64,000 nucleotides of DNA from positions 7,731 through 71,730 of the forward strand of contig URFU01000001.1 of NCBI GenBank assembly GCA_900547125.1, written 5' to 3'. Positions 36,756-46,497 of this stretch are shown in pieces (within the stretch, counting starts at the first letter, position 1; each line of letters begins with the position of its first letter). The notes below the pieces were generated by a model that searched no databases, was not told where the DNA came from, and saw only the letters and a program-made list of their open reading frames with translations. The position numbers and the translations under genes were made by a program. The DNA is from an uncultured Collinsella sp. (GTDB lineage: Bacteria; Actinomycetota; Coriobacteriia; Coriobacteriales; Coriobacteriaceae).

Positions 36756-37637
36756 TTACAGAATCTCAATCGTGAACGAGCGTACGATGGTCTCCTTGGG
36801 CTTGGCGACAAGGCAGCCGCGCTTATGCTCAAGTACGTCGTCCTCATCGGAGCAGGTCGAGAGGCCGCCCCAGGGTTCAACTGCAACAAAATCGCCCTCG
36901 GGCTTACTCCACACAATGAGATACGGGAAGCCCTCAAAGCTCAGGCGGACGCCCTTGTCCTCCCCCTTCTTAGAAAGCGTAACCTGACGGCTCTCGAGCA
37001 CGTCAAAGATGGTCTCCGCAAAATCGAAGAGCTCGTGCGACAGGGGCAGCGTCTTTCCCACCATGGGGTTCTTGGAGCGGTTTGCCACGTCAATCAAGCC
37101 AGTCGAGGGAACGGCGGTGCAGAGCTCCGCAGCCTCGTCTTTCTCAAAGCGCAACTCGTAGTCCGTATAGGCCTCGCCCTCATCGAGCGGACACCTAAAG
37201 CCGGGATGACCGCCGATAAAGAACGGCATGTCCTCGGTCCCCTCGTTGGTCACCTCATAGGAGACGCGCACGGCGGTATCCTCGAGCGTATAACGAGCGA
37301 CAAGCTTAAACGGGTACGGATAATCGCTCAGCAGCGCGGCGTTATCCTCCGAAGCCAGGCACATCGCCAGCTCGTTCTCGCCTTGGCTCAGCAGCTTCCA
37401 CTCCTGTTTGCGCGCAAACCCGTGGCGAGCGAGCTTTACATGATGCCCGGCAAACGTCATGGCGCTGTTGTCCCGCAAGCCTGCGCAAATCGGGAAGCAA
37501 ATCGGTGCCTGGCCAGACCACACGGCGGGATCGCCCTGCCACAGATACTCGCGACCTCCGGCCTCAATCGAGGTAAACGAACCGCCAGCCGTGGACACCT
37601 TAATAGAAATCGAATCGTTGGAGAGAGCGTATTCCAT
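36756..37637 (-). CDS. Aldose 1-epimerase-family protein (LacX-like).
   Basis: MEYALSNDSISIKVSTAGGSFTSIEAGGREYLWQGDPAVW… is typical of the LacX/YihR family. Start at cat 37635-37637 with an AAAGGA RBS. The long N-terminal extension in the ORF track is rejected. Confidence 0.75.
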   Translation of the reverse strand: MEYALSNDSISIKVSTAGGSFTSIEAGGREYLWQGDPAVWSGQAPICFPICAGLRDNSAMTFAGHHVKLARHGFARKQEWKLLSQGENELAMCLASEDNAALLSDYPYPFKLVARYTLEDTAVRVSYEVTNEGTEDMPFFIGGHPGFRCPLDEGEAYTDYELRFEKDEAAELCTAVPSTGLIDVANRSKNPMVGKTLPLSHELFDFAETIFDVLESRQVTLSKKGEDKGVRLSFEGFPYLIVWSKPEGDFVAVEPWGGLSTCSDEDDVLEHKRGCLVAKPKETIVRSFTIEIL

Positions 37638-37794
37638 TGCCCATCCTTTCGAACAACTGCTTTTTTGCTCGCAAGAACCCGTCTCGGCCCTGACCAAAGG
37701 ACAAACCCGCACGTTCATCGACGCGTCCGGTATCCCAGCCATGTAACGGGGTACCATACAGACATTGATGCAATTACAGCTGAAAGGCCTTCTT

Positions 37795-38379
37795 ATGCGA
37801 ACCATCATCCTCTACGCCTCGCGCCATCACGGCAATACGAAAAAGCTCGTGGACGCCATCGTCGAGGCACACCCCGAGATCGATACCCTCGACGTCAAGG
37901 CGCTTGGCAAAAACGAGTATCCCAACCTGCACGAATATCATCTGATCGGTGTCGCCACGGGAATCTATTACTCCGAGATCGACAAGGACATGGCACGCGT
38001 GCTCACGAACGTGCTGCAGCCGCAGGACAAGGTGTTTGGCCTTATGACCTACGGTGGCAAAAACAAGTGGTACGGCAAGGATATCGATGGCATCTGCCGC
38101 ATGAGGCAGGCCATCTTTATGGGTGTCTACGGCTGCCCCGGCTTTGATACGTGGGGGCCGTTCAAGCTCGCCGGCGGTGTCCAAAAGGGACACCCGACCG
38201 CCGAGGAAATTAAGGGCGCCGTCGACTTCTTCGACAAGATCGAAGACGAGTATGGCGACATCATCGTCGAAGAGTACGCCAAGCGTGAGAAGCGTCTAGC
38301 CTACGAAAAGGAGCATCCTGCGGGAGGTCTTGTGGCCGGCGTCAAGCGCACGGCAAAGAAGATCGCTAACAAGCTGTAA
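37795..38379 (+). CDS. Flavodoxin-family protein.
   Basis: MRTIILYASRHHGNTKKLVDAIVE…. Short-chain flavodoxin-like fold; ~195 aa. Confidence 0.65.
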   Translation: MRTIILYASRHHGNTKKLVDAIVEAHPEIDTLDVKALGKNEYPNLHEYHLIGVATGIYYSEIDKDMARVLTNVLQPQDKVFGLMTYGGKNKWYGKDIDGICRMRQAIFMGVYGCPGFDTWGPFKLAGGVQKGHPTAEEIKGAVDFFDKIEDEYGDIIVEEYAKREKRLAYEKEHPAGGLVAGVKRTAKKIANKL

Positions 38380-38412
38380 CTGTGAAGGTGCTTTTGAGCG
38401 TTTAACCCATAC

Positions 38413-38448
38413 GGCGGGTCCGAGCAGATTCGGGCCCGCCGTCTTTTT
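38413..38448 (+). terminator. Bidirectional-type terminator between the flavodoxin gene and nagA.
   Basis: acggcgggtccgagcagattcgggcccgccgt followed by ctttttct. Confidence 0.6.
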
Positions 38449-38454
38449 CTATCG

Positions 38455-39630
38455 TTACTCGGTAAAGGCGTTGCCGACGCTCTGGCCGCCAACATACGTC
38501 TCGACGAGGGTGAGCTCATGGTCGAACACGACAAAGTCGGCGTCGCGACCCGGCATGATGCTGCCGCACTTATCCTCGATGTGCGCGGAGCGTGCCGGCA
38601 CCTCGGTTGCCATGCGAATGGCGATATCGGCGCTGGCGATGCCCCAGTCGACGATGTTCTTGACGCCCTGGGCAAGCGTGAGCACCGAGCCGGCAATGCT
38701 CTTGCCGTCAGCGAGCCAGCACAGGTTGTCCTTCATGATGACGTCCATGCCACCACTGGTGTAGCTGCCCTCGGGCATGCCGCCGCAACCCAGGCAGTCG
38801 GTGATGAGCACCGTGTGCTGCCAGCCCTTTGCCTGCAGCAGTGCCTTGATGGCGGCAGGGTTTACGTGCTTGCCGTCACAGATGATCTCGGCGTAGGTCT
38901 CGGGCGTGGACATGGCAGCGCCCACGACACCGGGCTCACGGTGATGCAGCCCGCGCTGACCGTTATAGGTATGCGTAAAGCAGCTGGCACCGGCGTTGAT
39001 GGCGGCGATGCACTCATCGTAGGTGGCGTCGGAGTGACCGATGCTGGTCACCACACCCTTGGCGTTCAGAGCAGCCGCATAAGCAGCGGCACCGTCGCGC
39101 TCGGCCGCCATGGCGCGCTTAACGATGCGACCACCCGCAGCCTCCTGCCACTGATCGAAGACCTCCTCGGAGGGATCGATAAGATAAGCGGGGTTCTGCG
39201 CACCCACGTGCTTCATGGTAAAGAAGGGGCCCTCCAGGTAGATGCCCTGAATGCGAGCACCGCAGAAGTCGGGGCCGCGACCCTCGTCCGCCTGAGCGAT
39301 GGCGGCGCAGGCGTCCTTGATCTGCTCGACGCCATCGGTGAACGTCGTGGGCAGCCAGCTGGTGGTGCCGCGACGGGCGAGCTCGGTCGAGCTGATATCG
39401 ATGCCCTCGGGATCGTTATCGGTAGTTGAGTGGTTGTAGAAGCCATGGATGTGAGTATCGACCATACCCGGCGCGATCCACGATCCCGTGTAGTCCTTAA
39501 TCTCGCAAGAGGGCTCGTCGGCCTGCCAGGCGCCAAAGACGCCATCCTCGACCATAAGATAGCCGCCCAGTTGCGGGCCTGCCGGCAAGAAGAACTTGTC
39601 AGCCTTAATTGCGTACGTGCTCATATGCAC
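38455..39630 (-). CDS. nagA: N-acetylglucosamine/galactosamine-6-phosphate deacetylase.
   Basis: Amidohydrolase with metal ligands MVDTHIHG. ~390 aa; NagA/AgaA family. Confidence 0.85.
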   Translation of the reverse strand: MHMSTYAIKADKFFLPAGPQLGGYLMVEDGVFGAWQADEPSCEIKDYTGSWIAPGMVDTHIHGFYNHSTTDNDPEGIDISSTELARRGTTSWLPTTFTDGVEQIKDACAAIAQADEGRGPDFCGARIQGIYLEGPFFTMKHVGAQNPAYLIDPSEEVFDQWQEAAGGRIVKRAMAAERDGAAAYAAALNAKGVVTSIGHSDATYDECIAAINAGASCFTHTYNGQRGLHHREPGVVGAAMSTPETYAEIICDGKHVNPAAIKALLQAKGWQHTVLITDCLGCGGMPEGSYTSGGMDVIMKDNLCWLADGKSIAGSVLTLAQGVKNIVDWGIASADIAIRMATEVPARSAHIEDKCGSIMPGRDADFVVFDHELTLVETYVGGQSVGNAFTE

Positions 39631-39741
39631 TCCTTGCTTCTAAAGCAGTTGACTGTAGTGATGCTTATACCCAGCTCACGGAAAACAAAAAGCGCCCGCC
39701 CGCCGTTATGAGCGGACGGGCGCCCTTACAGGGGGACGCGA

Positions 39742-40908
39742 TTAAGCGGTGAAGGGGTGAATCGTCACGCCCTTAACCACGCGGTTGACCGTGCCGGTGG
39801 GGCTCGGCGTATCGGGCGTGTTGCCCACGCGCACGGAGTTGAGCAGGCTGATAGCCTGGGCAAACATCACGAACGGCAGAGCAAGGTAGCCCTCGGGAAG
39901 TGCCTCGTAGCCCTTAAAGGTGAAGGACTCACCCTCATAGACGGTGGCACCTTCCTGCTGAACGGCGATGGTGTGCTGAGCGATTTCGTCGCCACCGATC
40001 TCGTTGAGGATGTCGATGTCGTACTGACGGGTGTAGGCGTCGTTGTTGACGAACACGAAGACGAGCGTCTTATCGTCGACGAAGGACTTAGGTCCGTGAC
40101 GATAGCCCATGGAGGTGTCGTAGGAAGTAGCGACCAGACCGTGAGCGAGCTCGAGGATCTTGAGCTGGCTCTCCTGGGCAAGGCCACCGAAGGAGCCAGA
40201 ACCCAAGTAGGTCACGCGGTTGAAGTCGCCAGCCAGGTAATCGGCGATCTCGGGCTCACGGGAGATGACCTCCTCGCCCATCTTGGCAATCGTCTCGACC
40301 CACTCGGCCTTCTGCTCGTCAGAGGCAGTGTCGAAAATAAGGGTAGAGAGCAGGGTCATGCAGGAATAAGAACCGGTCATGGCGAAGCCCTTGTCGTTGG
40401 CGCGCGGAATGAGCAGCGTCAGCGCGTTGGGATCATCGGCAGATTCGACGGCGAGCTTGCCCTCGGGAGCGCAGGTGATGTTGAGGAACTTGACGTTGTG
40501 GACGAGCTCCTTGGCAACGGCAACGGCGGCAAGGCTCTCGGGGCTGTTGCCAGAGCGGGCGAAGGAAACCACGAGCGTGGGATCCTCGGCGCGCAGGAAG
40601 TCGCGCGGGGCGCTCACGATGTCGGTCGTGGCGATGGGCTTAAAGTCGTAGAGATCAGTGTTGCCAGCGTGACGCAGGTACGGGGCGCAGGTATCGCCAA
40701 CGTAGTCGGACGTACCGGCACCGGTGAAGACAACGGACAGACGACCCTCGCCCATAGCGCGAGCCTCGGCCAGGAAGGCCTCGATGGCCTCCTTGTTCTC
40801 GCGATAGATGTTGAGCGTATCACGCCAAAGCTCGGGCTGCTGAGCAATCTCGGCCGTGGTGATCTGGGCGCCGAGCTCGGTGAGCTCCTCGACACTCTTC
40901 TCGAACAT
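39742..40908 (-). CDS. agaS: SIS-domain sugar isomerase/deaminase AgaS (galactosamine-6-phosphate deaminase-type).
   Basis: 388 aa, two SIS domains. The N-terminus MFEKSVEELTELGAQITTAEIAQQPELW is characteristic of AgaS. Confidence 0.8.
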   Translation of the reverse strand: MFEKSVEELTELGAQITTAEIAQQPELWRDTLNIYRENKEAIEAFLAEARAMGEGRLSVVFTGAGTSDYVGDTCAPYLRHAGNTDLYDFKPIATTDIVSAPRDFLRAEDPTLVVSFARSGNSPESLAAVAVAKELVHNVKFLNITCAPEGKLAVESADDPNALTLLIPRANDKGFAMTGSYSCMTLLSTLIFDTASDEQKAEWVETIAKMGEEVISREPEIADYLAGDFNRVTYLGSGSFGGLAQESQLKILELAHGLVATSYDTSMGYRHGPKSFVDDKTLVFVFVNNDAYTRQYDIDILNEIGGDEIAQHTIAVQQEGATVYEGESFTFKGYEALPEGYLALPFVMFAQAISLLNSVRVGNTPDTPSPTGTVNRVVKGVTIHPFTA

Positions 40909-41022
40909 TTTTAATACCTCTCTCTAGAAGTAATCCTCTGACGTGCAATTATACACTTCGGTTGGTTATCTGGTAGTAACCAGTTAAATGCAAAGAATCA
41001 TCATATGGAAACGATGCGGACA

Positions 41023-41754
41023 CTAATCGCTACGCTGGTGGTAAACCTTGTATTTAAACTGATCGGCACGAGCAACCGAGAGTGTGTACTCCACAACCTC
41101 GTTTGACTCGTTATACGTAGTCCTGACCAAATCGAGCACAGGCGAGCCCTCGACAATTCCCAAAAGGTGGGCGTCGGTGGGACGGGCTATGCTCGCATAG
41201 AACTCCTCTTCGGCCACGCGTATCTTTTGCTGAAAGTCTTGCTCAATCACATCGTAAAGCGGCTTACGCTCCAGCAGCGGTCGCTTTAGGGACAGAAATT
41301 GACGAACTGGTAGATAGCTGCGTTCGACCATCATGGGCATGTTGTCGGCAGAACGAAGGCGCTTAAGCTTAAAAATGCGATCACCGATACGCAATCCCAT
41401 ATGCTCGGCCAGATTTTTATCGGCCTCCATCTCGCAAAACTCGAGAATCGTGGTCTCGGGGTCGCGACCCATCGCGCGCATCTGCTCGGTAAAGCTGTAG
41501 GACTGCATAAGATTGGTTGCTTTTGCCGAACGGTCGGTCACAAAGGTACCGCGACCGTGCTGCCGAACCACCAGTCCTAAACGCTCCAGTTCCTGCAAAG
41601 CCAGGCGCACCGTGGTGCGCGAGAGACCATAGCGCTCCGAAAGTTCGCGCTCGGAAGGAATCATGTCACCGGCGCGATATTCATGGTCGATCTTTTCGGT
41701 CAGAATATCGACCAGCTGATCGTACAGCGGTTGCTTACGCGCTCCGATCGCCAT
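41023..41754 (-). CDS. GntR/HutC-family regulator (AgaR/NagR-like) of the amino-sugar cluster.
   Basis: [33 protein letters not shown] plus a UTRA domain. Confidence 0.85.
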   Translation of the reverse strand: MAIGARKQPLYDQLVDILTEKIDHEYRAGDMIPSERELSERYGLSRTTVRLALQELERLGLVVRQHGRGTFVTDRSAKATNLMQSYSFTEQMRAMGRDPETTILEFCEMEADKNLAEHMGLRIGDRIFKLKRLRSADNMPMMVERSYLPVRQFLSLKRPLLERKPLYDVIEQDFQQKIRVAEEEFYASIARPTDAHLLGIVEGSPVLDLVRTTYNESNEVVEYTLSVARADQFKYKVYHQRSD

Positions 41755-41839
41755 CCTATCCTCCCTTTTGCTCGAATTCGGCTAACTACCTAGGGTGTTT
41801 AGCATTATCTGTCTGCCACACCCGAATCATCAAGAAAAC

Positions 41840-41880
41840 AAAAGCCGCGCGCTCTTTCGAGCACGCGGCTTTTAACATAC
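41840..41880 (-). terminator. Terminator after the PTS IID gene.
   Basis: Minus strand reads aaaagccgcgtgctcgaaagagcgcgcggctttt followed by gttttc. Confidence 0.6.
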
Positions 41881-41939
41881 ACATGGCTTAAGGGGTCGGG
41901 GTGTGAGCCGCGTAGGGACACACCCCTCAAGCTAGAGCC

Positions 41940-43022
41940 TTACCAGATGCTCGGCCAGAGACCAAGCGGGCCGGCGCCCAGGATGCCAAGGACGAAGAGC
42001 AGGAGAATGCCCTTGGTCGGGGTCCAGCTGTGCTTAGCGAACATGTAGTAAAGCAGCAGCGTAAGCATAAGCGGGACGAGCTTCGGGACGATGGTGTTGA
42101 GGGTGTCGGCAACAGAGAAGTTGACCGGATCCTCGGTAACGGTAGCGTAGGTCACGGACTCCATGCCGTTGCCCAGATCGGCGACGCCGCACTTGACCTC
42201 GTTGCCGTCGGCATCGGTGGCGGTGAGGGCGTTGCCGTCCTCATCGGTCATGGCGATGGTACCGGCCTCAGCGGTCTCGGTATCGATGCCCTCCATACCG
42301 GTGAAGTTCTCGGCCTCCTTCTCGGAGACGATCACGGTAGTAGGGGCAAGGCCACGGGTGGTGCCGTTGGGGATCTGGAGGTTGATCTGGGTGCCACCCA
42401 TGGTGACGACCAGGCAACCGACGACGAAGACGCCCATGATGGAAGCGGCACGCGTGAAGGCCTGCATGTTGGCGGGCAGAGCGTCAATAGCGCTGGTGCC
42501 AAGCTTGTAGGACCAGTTCATGAGCCAGAAGCGCAGAGCGAACTGGACGGCGTTGAAGATCACCAGGAAGATGATCGGCGCAGCGGCGTTGCCGTTGATG
42601 GCCATGTTGGAGGTGATGCCGGCCGTGATAGGCACGAGCGTCAGCCAGAACAGGGCGTCACCGATACCACCGAGCGGGCCCATTGCGGCGACGCGGACGG
42701 CGCGGATCGTGGGGATGTCAACCTTGTTCTGCTCGAGCGAAAGCACGATGCCCATAACAAAGGTGACGAGGAACGGGTGGGTGTTGAAGAACTCCAGGTT
42801 GTGGCTCATGGAAGCCGCGAGGTCGTTCTTGTTGGTGTGGATCTTCTCCAGACCGGGGATGATGGAGTAGAGCCAGCCAGCGGCCTGCATACGCTCGTAG
42901 TTGAACGAGGCCTGCAGGAAGCAGGAGCGCCAAGCCATCTTGTTGAGGGTCTTCTGGTCGAGCTGCGGAGCAGGAGTGAGATCCTCGTAGTGCTCCGGGA
43001 TCACATACTCATTAGATGCCAT
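41940..43022 (-). CDS. PTS mannose-family IID component, with an unusual ~80-90 aa acidic/Thr-rich insertion.
   Basis: ManZ/AgaD-like (WRSCFLQASFNYERMQAAGW…). Start at cat 43020-43022 with a GGAGGTG RBS; 10-bp overlap with IIC. Insertion at roughly 42077-42347 (GTTRGLAPTTVIVSEKEAENFTGMEGIDTETAEAGT…). Confidence 0.85.
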   Translation of the reverse strand: MASNEYVIPEHYEDLTPAPQLDQKTLNKMAWRSCFLQASFNYERMQAAGWLYSIIPGLEKIHTNKNDLAASMSHNLEFFNTHPFLVTFVMGIVLSLEQNKVDIPTIRAVRVAAMGPLGGIGDALFWLTLVPITAGITSNMAINGNAAAPIIFLVIFNAVQFALRFWLMNWSYKLGTSAIDALPANMQAFTRAASIMGVFVVGCLVVTMGGTQINLQIPNGTTRGLAPTTVIVSEKEAENFTGMEGIDTETAEAGTIAMTDEDGNALTATDADGNEVKCGVADLGNGMESVTYATVTEDPVNFSVADTLNTIVPKLVPLMLTLLLYYMFAKHSWTPTKGILLLFVLGILGAGPLGLWPSIW

Positions 43023-43812
43023 CTTCGAAGTCACCTCCGTCAGAAACAGCTGCACCCTTCAGCTCGGTCTGCTGCTGGAAGTCCCAGAAAGCGATGCCGA
43101 AGCCGATGAGAGCGAGGATGAGCAGAGCAGGGGTTGCCAGCGAATCGTTGGCAACGGTGATGAGCGCGAGGCCGAAGCCCATGAGGAAGAAGCCCCACAT
43201 ATCGCGGTTCATCATAACCTTGAGCAGGACGGCGAAGCCGACGAAGCGCATCATGCCGCCTGCAGCGGACAGACCGGTCTGCAGCCACGTCGGGATGGCA
43301 GAAGCGATGGTCTGACCGATGGTAGCGCCAGCGATGAAGAACAGTGTGACGACGACAGCGAAGATCAGGCCGAGCAGAGCCATGGCGAAGTAGTTCAGGC
43401 GCTCGATGCCCTTGGTGTCCGCGTTGTGAGCCATGTTATCGGCCGTGGACATAAGCGGGGACATAAGCGTGAAGACCAGGGTAACGCCAAGCTGGCCAAG
43501 CAGAGCGAACGGAATGGCGAGGCCGACTGCCGCGTTGGGCTCGAGGCCCGTGGCGATAGCGAGAATGGCTGCCATGATGCCGCCGATGACGGCGTTAGGC
43601 GGCTGAGCGCCTCCGATCGGCATGTTGCCGATCGTCATGAGCTGATAGGTACCACCCACGAGAAGACCGGTGTTGAGGTCGCCAAGGATAAGACCGATGA
43701 CGGCGCCGGTGACGATGGGCTGATAGAGAGACTCGAGGAAGTCAAACTGGTCGATTGCCGCGATGAACGTGACAACGAAGACCAGAGCGATCTGGATGAT
43801 CGAGTATTCCAT
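43012..43812 (-). CDS. PTS mannose-family IIC component.
   Basis: 266 aa polytopic ManY/AgaC-like protein. Confidence 0.85.
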   Translation of the reverse strand: MEYSIIQIALVFVVTFIAAIDQFDFLESLYQPIVTGAVIGLILGDLNTGLLVGGTYQLMTIGNMPIGGAQPPNAVIGGIMAAILAIATGLEPNAAVGLAIPFALLGQLGVTLVFTLMSPLMSTADNMAHNADTKGIERLNYFAMALLGLIFAVVVTLFFIAGATIGQTIASAIPTWLQTGLSAAGGMMRFVGFAVLLKVMMNRDMWGFFLMGFGLALITVANDSLATPALLILALIGFGIAFWDFQQQTELKGAAVSDGGDFEDGI

Positions 43813-43902
43813 CTTGCTCCTCCTTTCAAAATGTATGTACGCACTTTGGATATCACGTACAGAACGTCAGGGTTTCACTCCTGACAACGTGGATCACGAG
43901 GA

Positions 43903-44385
43903 TTACGAGAAGAGCTTGCTCGTGTCCTCAACAGGCGTGCTCGGAACGCGCCTGATCTCCAACTCCACCCCCAATTCCTGCAGCTCTTTAAACGCAGCGA
44001 CATCCTCGTCGTTAACTGCGACGGAGGTGGCGACTTGGCGCTTTCCTTCCGACATGTGCATGTTGCCGATGTTTACCTTCTTTATAGGCACACCGCCCTT
44101 GACGAGCGTAAGCACGTCTTCCGGTGTTTCGGCCACGATGAAGATCTTCTGGCGCGGGCTCGCCTTGCCAATGACGTCGATGGTCTTCTGCAGGGAGAAG
44201 AAACGCGTAGCGACGCCGGCGGGAGCGGCCATCTTCATGAGGTTCTGGCGCATGGTGTTGGACGCCACGTCGTCGTTGGCGACGAGGATGAGGTTGGAGC
44301 CCAGAGTGGAGTTCCACTGGGTGGCAACCTGACCATGAACCAGTCGGTTATCGATGCGGGTAAGAAGAATGTTGGGTTCTGCCAT
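43903..44385 (-). CDS. PTS mannose-family IIB component.
   Basis: MAEPNILLTRIDNRLVHGQVATQW…. Confidence 0.85.
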   Translation of the reverse strand: MAEPNILLTRIDNRLVHGQVATQWNSTLGSNLILVANDDVASNTMRQNLMKMAAPAGVATRFFSLQKTIDVIGKASPRQKIFIVAETPEDVLTLVKGGVPIKKVNIGNMHMSEGKRQVATSVAVNDEDVAAFKELQELGVELEIRRVPSTPVEDTSKLFS

Positions 44386-44421
44386 GTTGATCAGCTTCCT
44401 TTCGATATTTGCTGACGACAG

Positions 44422-44703
44422 TTACTTGATCTCCTGAATCGCGTAACGCGAAACATCTACGACGGCTCCGGATCGGACTTTGATCTGGACCTTCTCGCCT
44501 TCGAAGCCTTTGACGGTTCCGTAGATACCGCCGGCGAAAAGAACCTCCTGACCCGGCTTGAGCTCGGTGTGCAGCTCCTTGAAGTACTTCTGCTTCTTCT
44601 TCATGTTGATTTGCGACCAGATGGTGTAAATCAAGCCCATGATGACAAGCAGGCCTAAAAGAGCGACCGAGGAGCTCAGGACGTTGGCTCCGAAATCGGC
44701 CAT
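44422..44703 (-). CDS. YajC-like small membrane protein (preprotein translocase YajC family) embedded in the PTS operon.
   Basis: 93 aa with a single N-terminal TM helix, then KPGQEVLFAGGIYGTVKGFEGEKVQIKV. YajC-like genes occur in GalNAc/mannose-type PTS operons. Confidence 0.65.
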   Translation of the reverse strand: MADFGANVLSSSVALLGLLVIMGLIYTIWSQINMKKKQKYFKELHTELKPGQEVLFAGGIYGTVKGFEGEKVQIKVRSGAVVDVSRYAIQEIK

Positions 44704-45146
44704 TAGATGCCGTCCTCGTCGCCGAAGATATCCTCTTCCTCGGAGTCGGCAACGGATGCGACCGTCTGGGCGGTGACGCCCGTCTGGCCAACGGTCACGG
44801 CCTGCTCGCCAAGCTCGGCGAGCGTGGCATTGCCGCGGAGGAACAGAAGCTCAATAACCATGGGAAGGTTGGTGCCAGTCAGAACCTCGACGTTATCGAC
44901 ATCCTGGGCAATCATCATCGACTGGTTGAACGGGGTGCCGCCAAGCAGGTCGGTAAAGACGAGCACGCCATCGCACTCCTCGCGCATAGCGGTAATAGCG
45001 GCGCGGAGATCCTCACCGTAGGATGCAGCCTGGTCGCCCTCAAAAGGAACGACGGTAAAAGCAGGCTGGTCGCCAGCAACCATAGCGATAGCGCTTGCAA
45101 GGCCGGGTGCGAACTGTCCATGACCGGTAAGAATAAAGCCAACCAT
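44703..45146 (-). CDS. PTS mannose-family IIA component.
   Basis: 147 aa, MVGFILTGHGQFAPGLASAIAMVAG…. First gene of the operon, with a 1-nt overlap onto yajC. Confidence 0.85.
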   Translation of the reverse strand: MVGFILTGHGQFAPGLASAIAMVAGDQPAFTVVPFEGDQAASYGEDLRAAITAMREECDGVLVFTDLLGGTPFNQSMMIAQDVDNVEVLTGTNLPMVIELLFLRGNATLAELGEQAVTVGQTGVTAQTVASVADSEEEDIFGDEDGI

Positions 45147-45339
45147 TCAAATTTCCCTTCCGAAGGTGTGTACAATCTGAGTCCGATGATTTTCGGAAGC
45201 CAGCGGGCGCTCGCCCTTAAAGCTTCTTGGAAAGCGTTCTTTGAAGACCAGTGGTTTCTAAACTGGTAGTAACCACGTGACGTGTTGTTGTCACTATATC
45301 ACCCCAGAAGAGGTCGCTTTCGTTGATTCATACGGTAAA

Positions 45340-45603
45340 ACGTTTTTGCACCGCTCACGGTGATAAATCGACCGTTTACCGCTCGTTAATACTTCTACCT
45401 GCGGTTTTGAAACCGTTTCGAAATGCTTTGGAAAAAGATCAGAACTTTTATTGTGTCTAAACAACGCAGGGCGGCTATAAATAGCGTAAAGAAAAATTGC
45501 AGGTCATTGTGAAGATATGTGAATTGGTCTTTTTGTCTTAATACCAGTTAGAACCAGTTTTGAGATTATCGGTGAACGGTAGTTTTCGACCGTTCACCGG
45601 TTA
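45340..45603. promoter_or_regulatory. Regulatory region of the mannose-type PTS operon containing the perfect dyad CGGTGAACGGTAGTTTTCGACCGTTCACCG.
   Basis: The dyad lies at 45570-45600. A weaker variant lies at 45349-45380. ctacctgcggttttg lies at 45394-45408. Confidence 0.55.
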
Positions 45604-45810
45604 CTTGTAATCGTTTGCAGCTGTTTTCCCAGATGAATTAGGGAAGCGCGATGGAGCGCTTGCGCGATCACGGGAAGTTTTTGGCATTTGTCCTCATCCC
45701 CCGAACGCCAAACTCCGGCATCCAAAATGAGCTAATAGCTCACGCTAATCGTTTTCAATCATTACTTACACAGTATACGTAATTATTTATCGTTTATCGT
45801 TAATTTTGAT

Positions 45811-46488
45811 ATGATACAAGTATCATCCAAAACGCCGATTGGAGGGGTTATGGTCCACCGAAACGCATCTATATCGAATGAAACCATCAGCCGCGAACAG
45901 ACGATAGCCAAACTGAGGAAGCTCGCTCGCATCTGCAAATGGGCCACAATCTGCATTACCACAGCGCTCGCTCTGGGACTCCTCGCAGTCATTGCGATTG
46001 ACCTTCTACTTATATTGCCCGGCCTCTCCCAAGGGTCGTGCCTCCAATCCGTAGAACTTCAAGCCGGCGAAGGGCCGTGCCTGGCTATTGTCGGTACCGA
46101 TGCGCAGGCCCCACTTATGCTCGTCGCACACGATGGTCACACTGCCATAGGAAGCCTCTTGATGACATGTCTCGCGCTTACCATCGCGATAAGCGTGCGC
46201 AGGCTTTTCTTCAACATTGAAAAGGAAGGCAGACCCTTTGACCTTGAATGCAACCAGACGCTTCGTCGAGTAGGACATTTATTCCTTATCGGCGGCGTTG
46301 CCGTGAGGCTTCTTGGTGCCGTAATCACGGGAATAATACTCTCAGGATTTGGCGGCAGCTTTACGGATGCGTTCGTCGGCCAGTTATTCGAGCCCTCCAT
46401 GCTCTTTGCAGGCCTGATTATTTGCCTGATTGCCAGCATCTTCCGCTACGGGTATATCCTGCAAAAACAAGATGACGAGTTGCTCTAG
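45811..46488 (+). CDS. DUF2975-like membrane protein.
   Basis: Four predicted TM helices. It pairs with a small XRE HTH gene, as is typical for this family. AT-rich context. Confidence 0.6.
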   Translation: MIQVSSKTPIGGVMVHRNASISNETISREQTIAKLRKLARICKWATICITTALALGLLAVIAIDLLLILPGLSQGSCLQSVELQAGEGPCLAIVGTDAQAPLMLVAHDGHTAIGSLLMTCLALTIAISVRRLFFNIEKEGRPFDLECNQTLRRVGHLFLIGGVAVRLLGAVITGIILSGFGGSFTDAFVGQLFEPSMLFAGLIICLIASIFRYGYILQKQDDELL

Positions 46489-46497
46489 GGGGAATCC

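Noticed and set aside
36756-37808. N-terminal 57-aa extension of the LacX-like epimerase (MMVRIRRPFSCNC…).
   Set aside because: It is Cys/Arg-rich with no RBS. The internal ATG at 37637 has a good AAAGGA RBS and gives a typical-length mutarotase-family protein.
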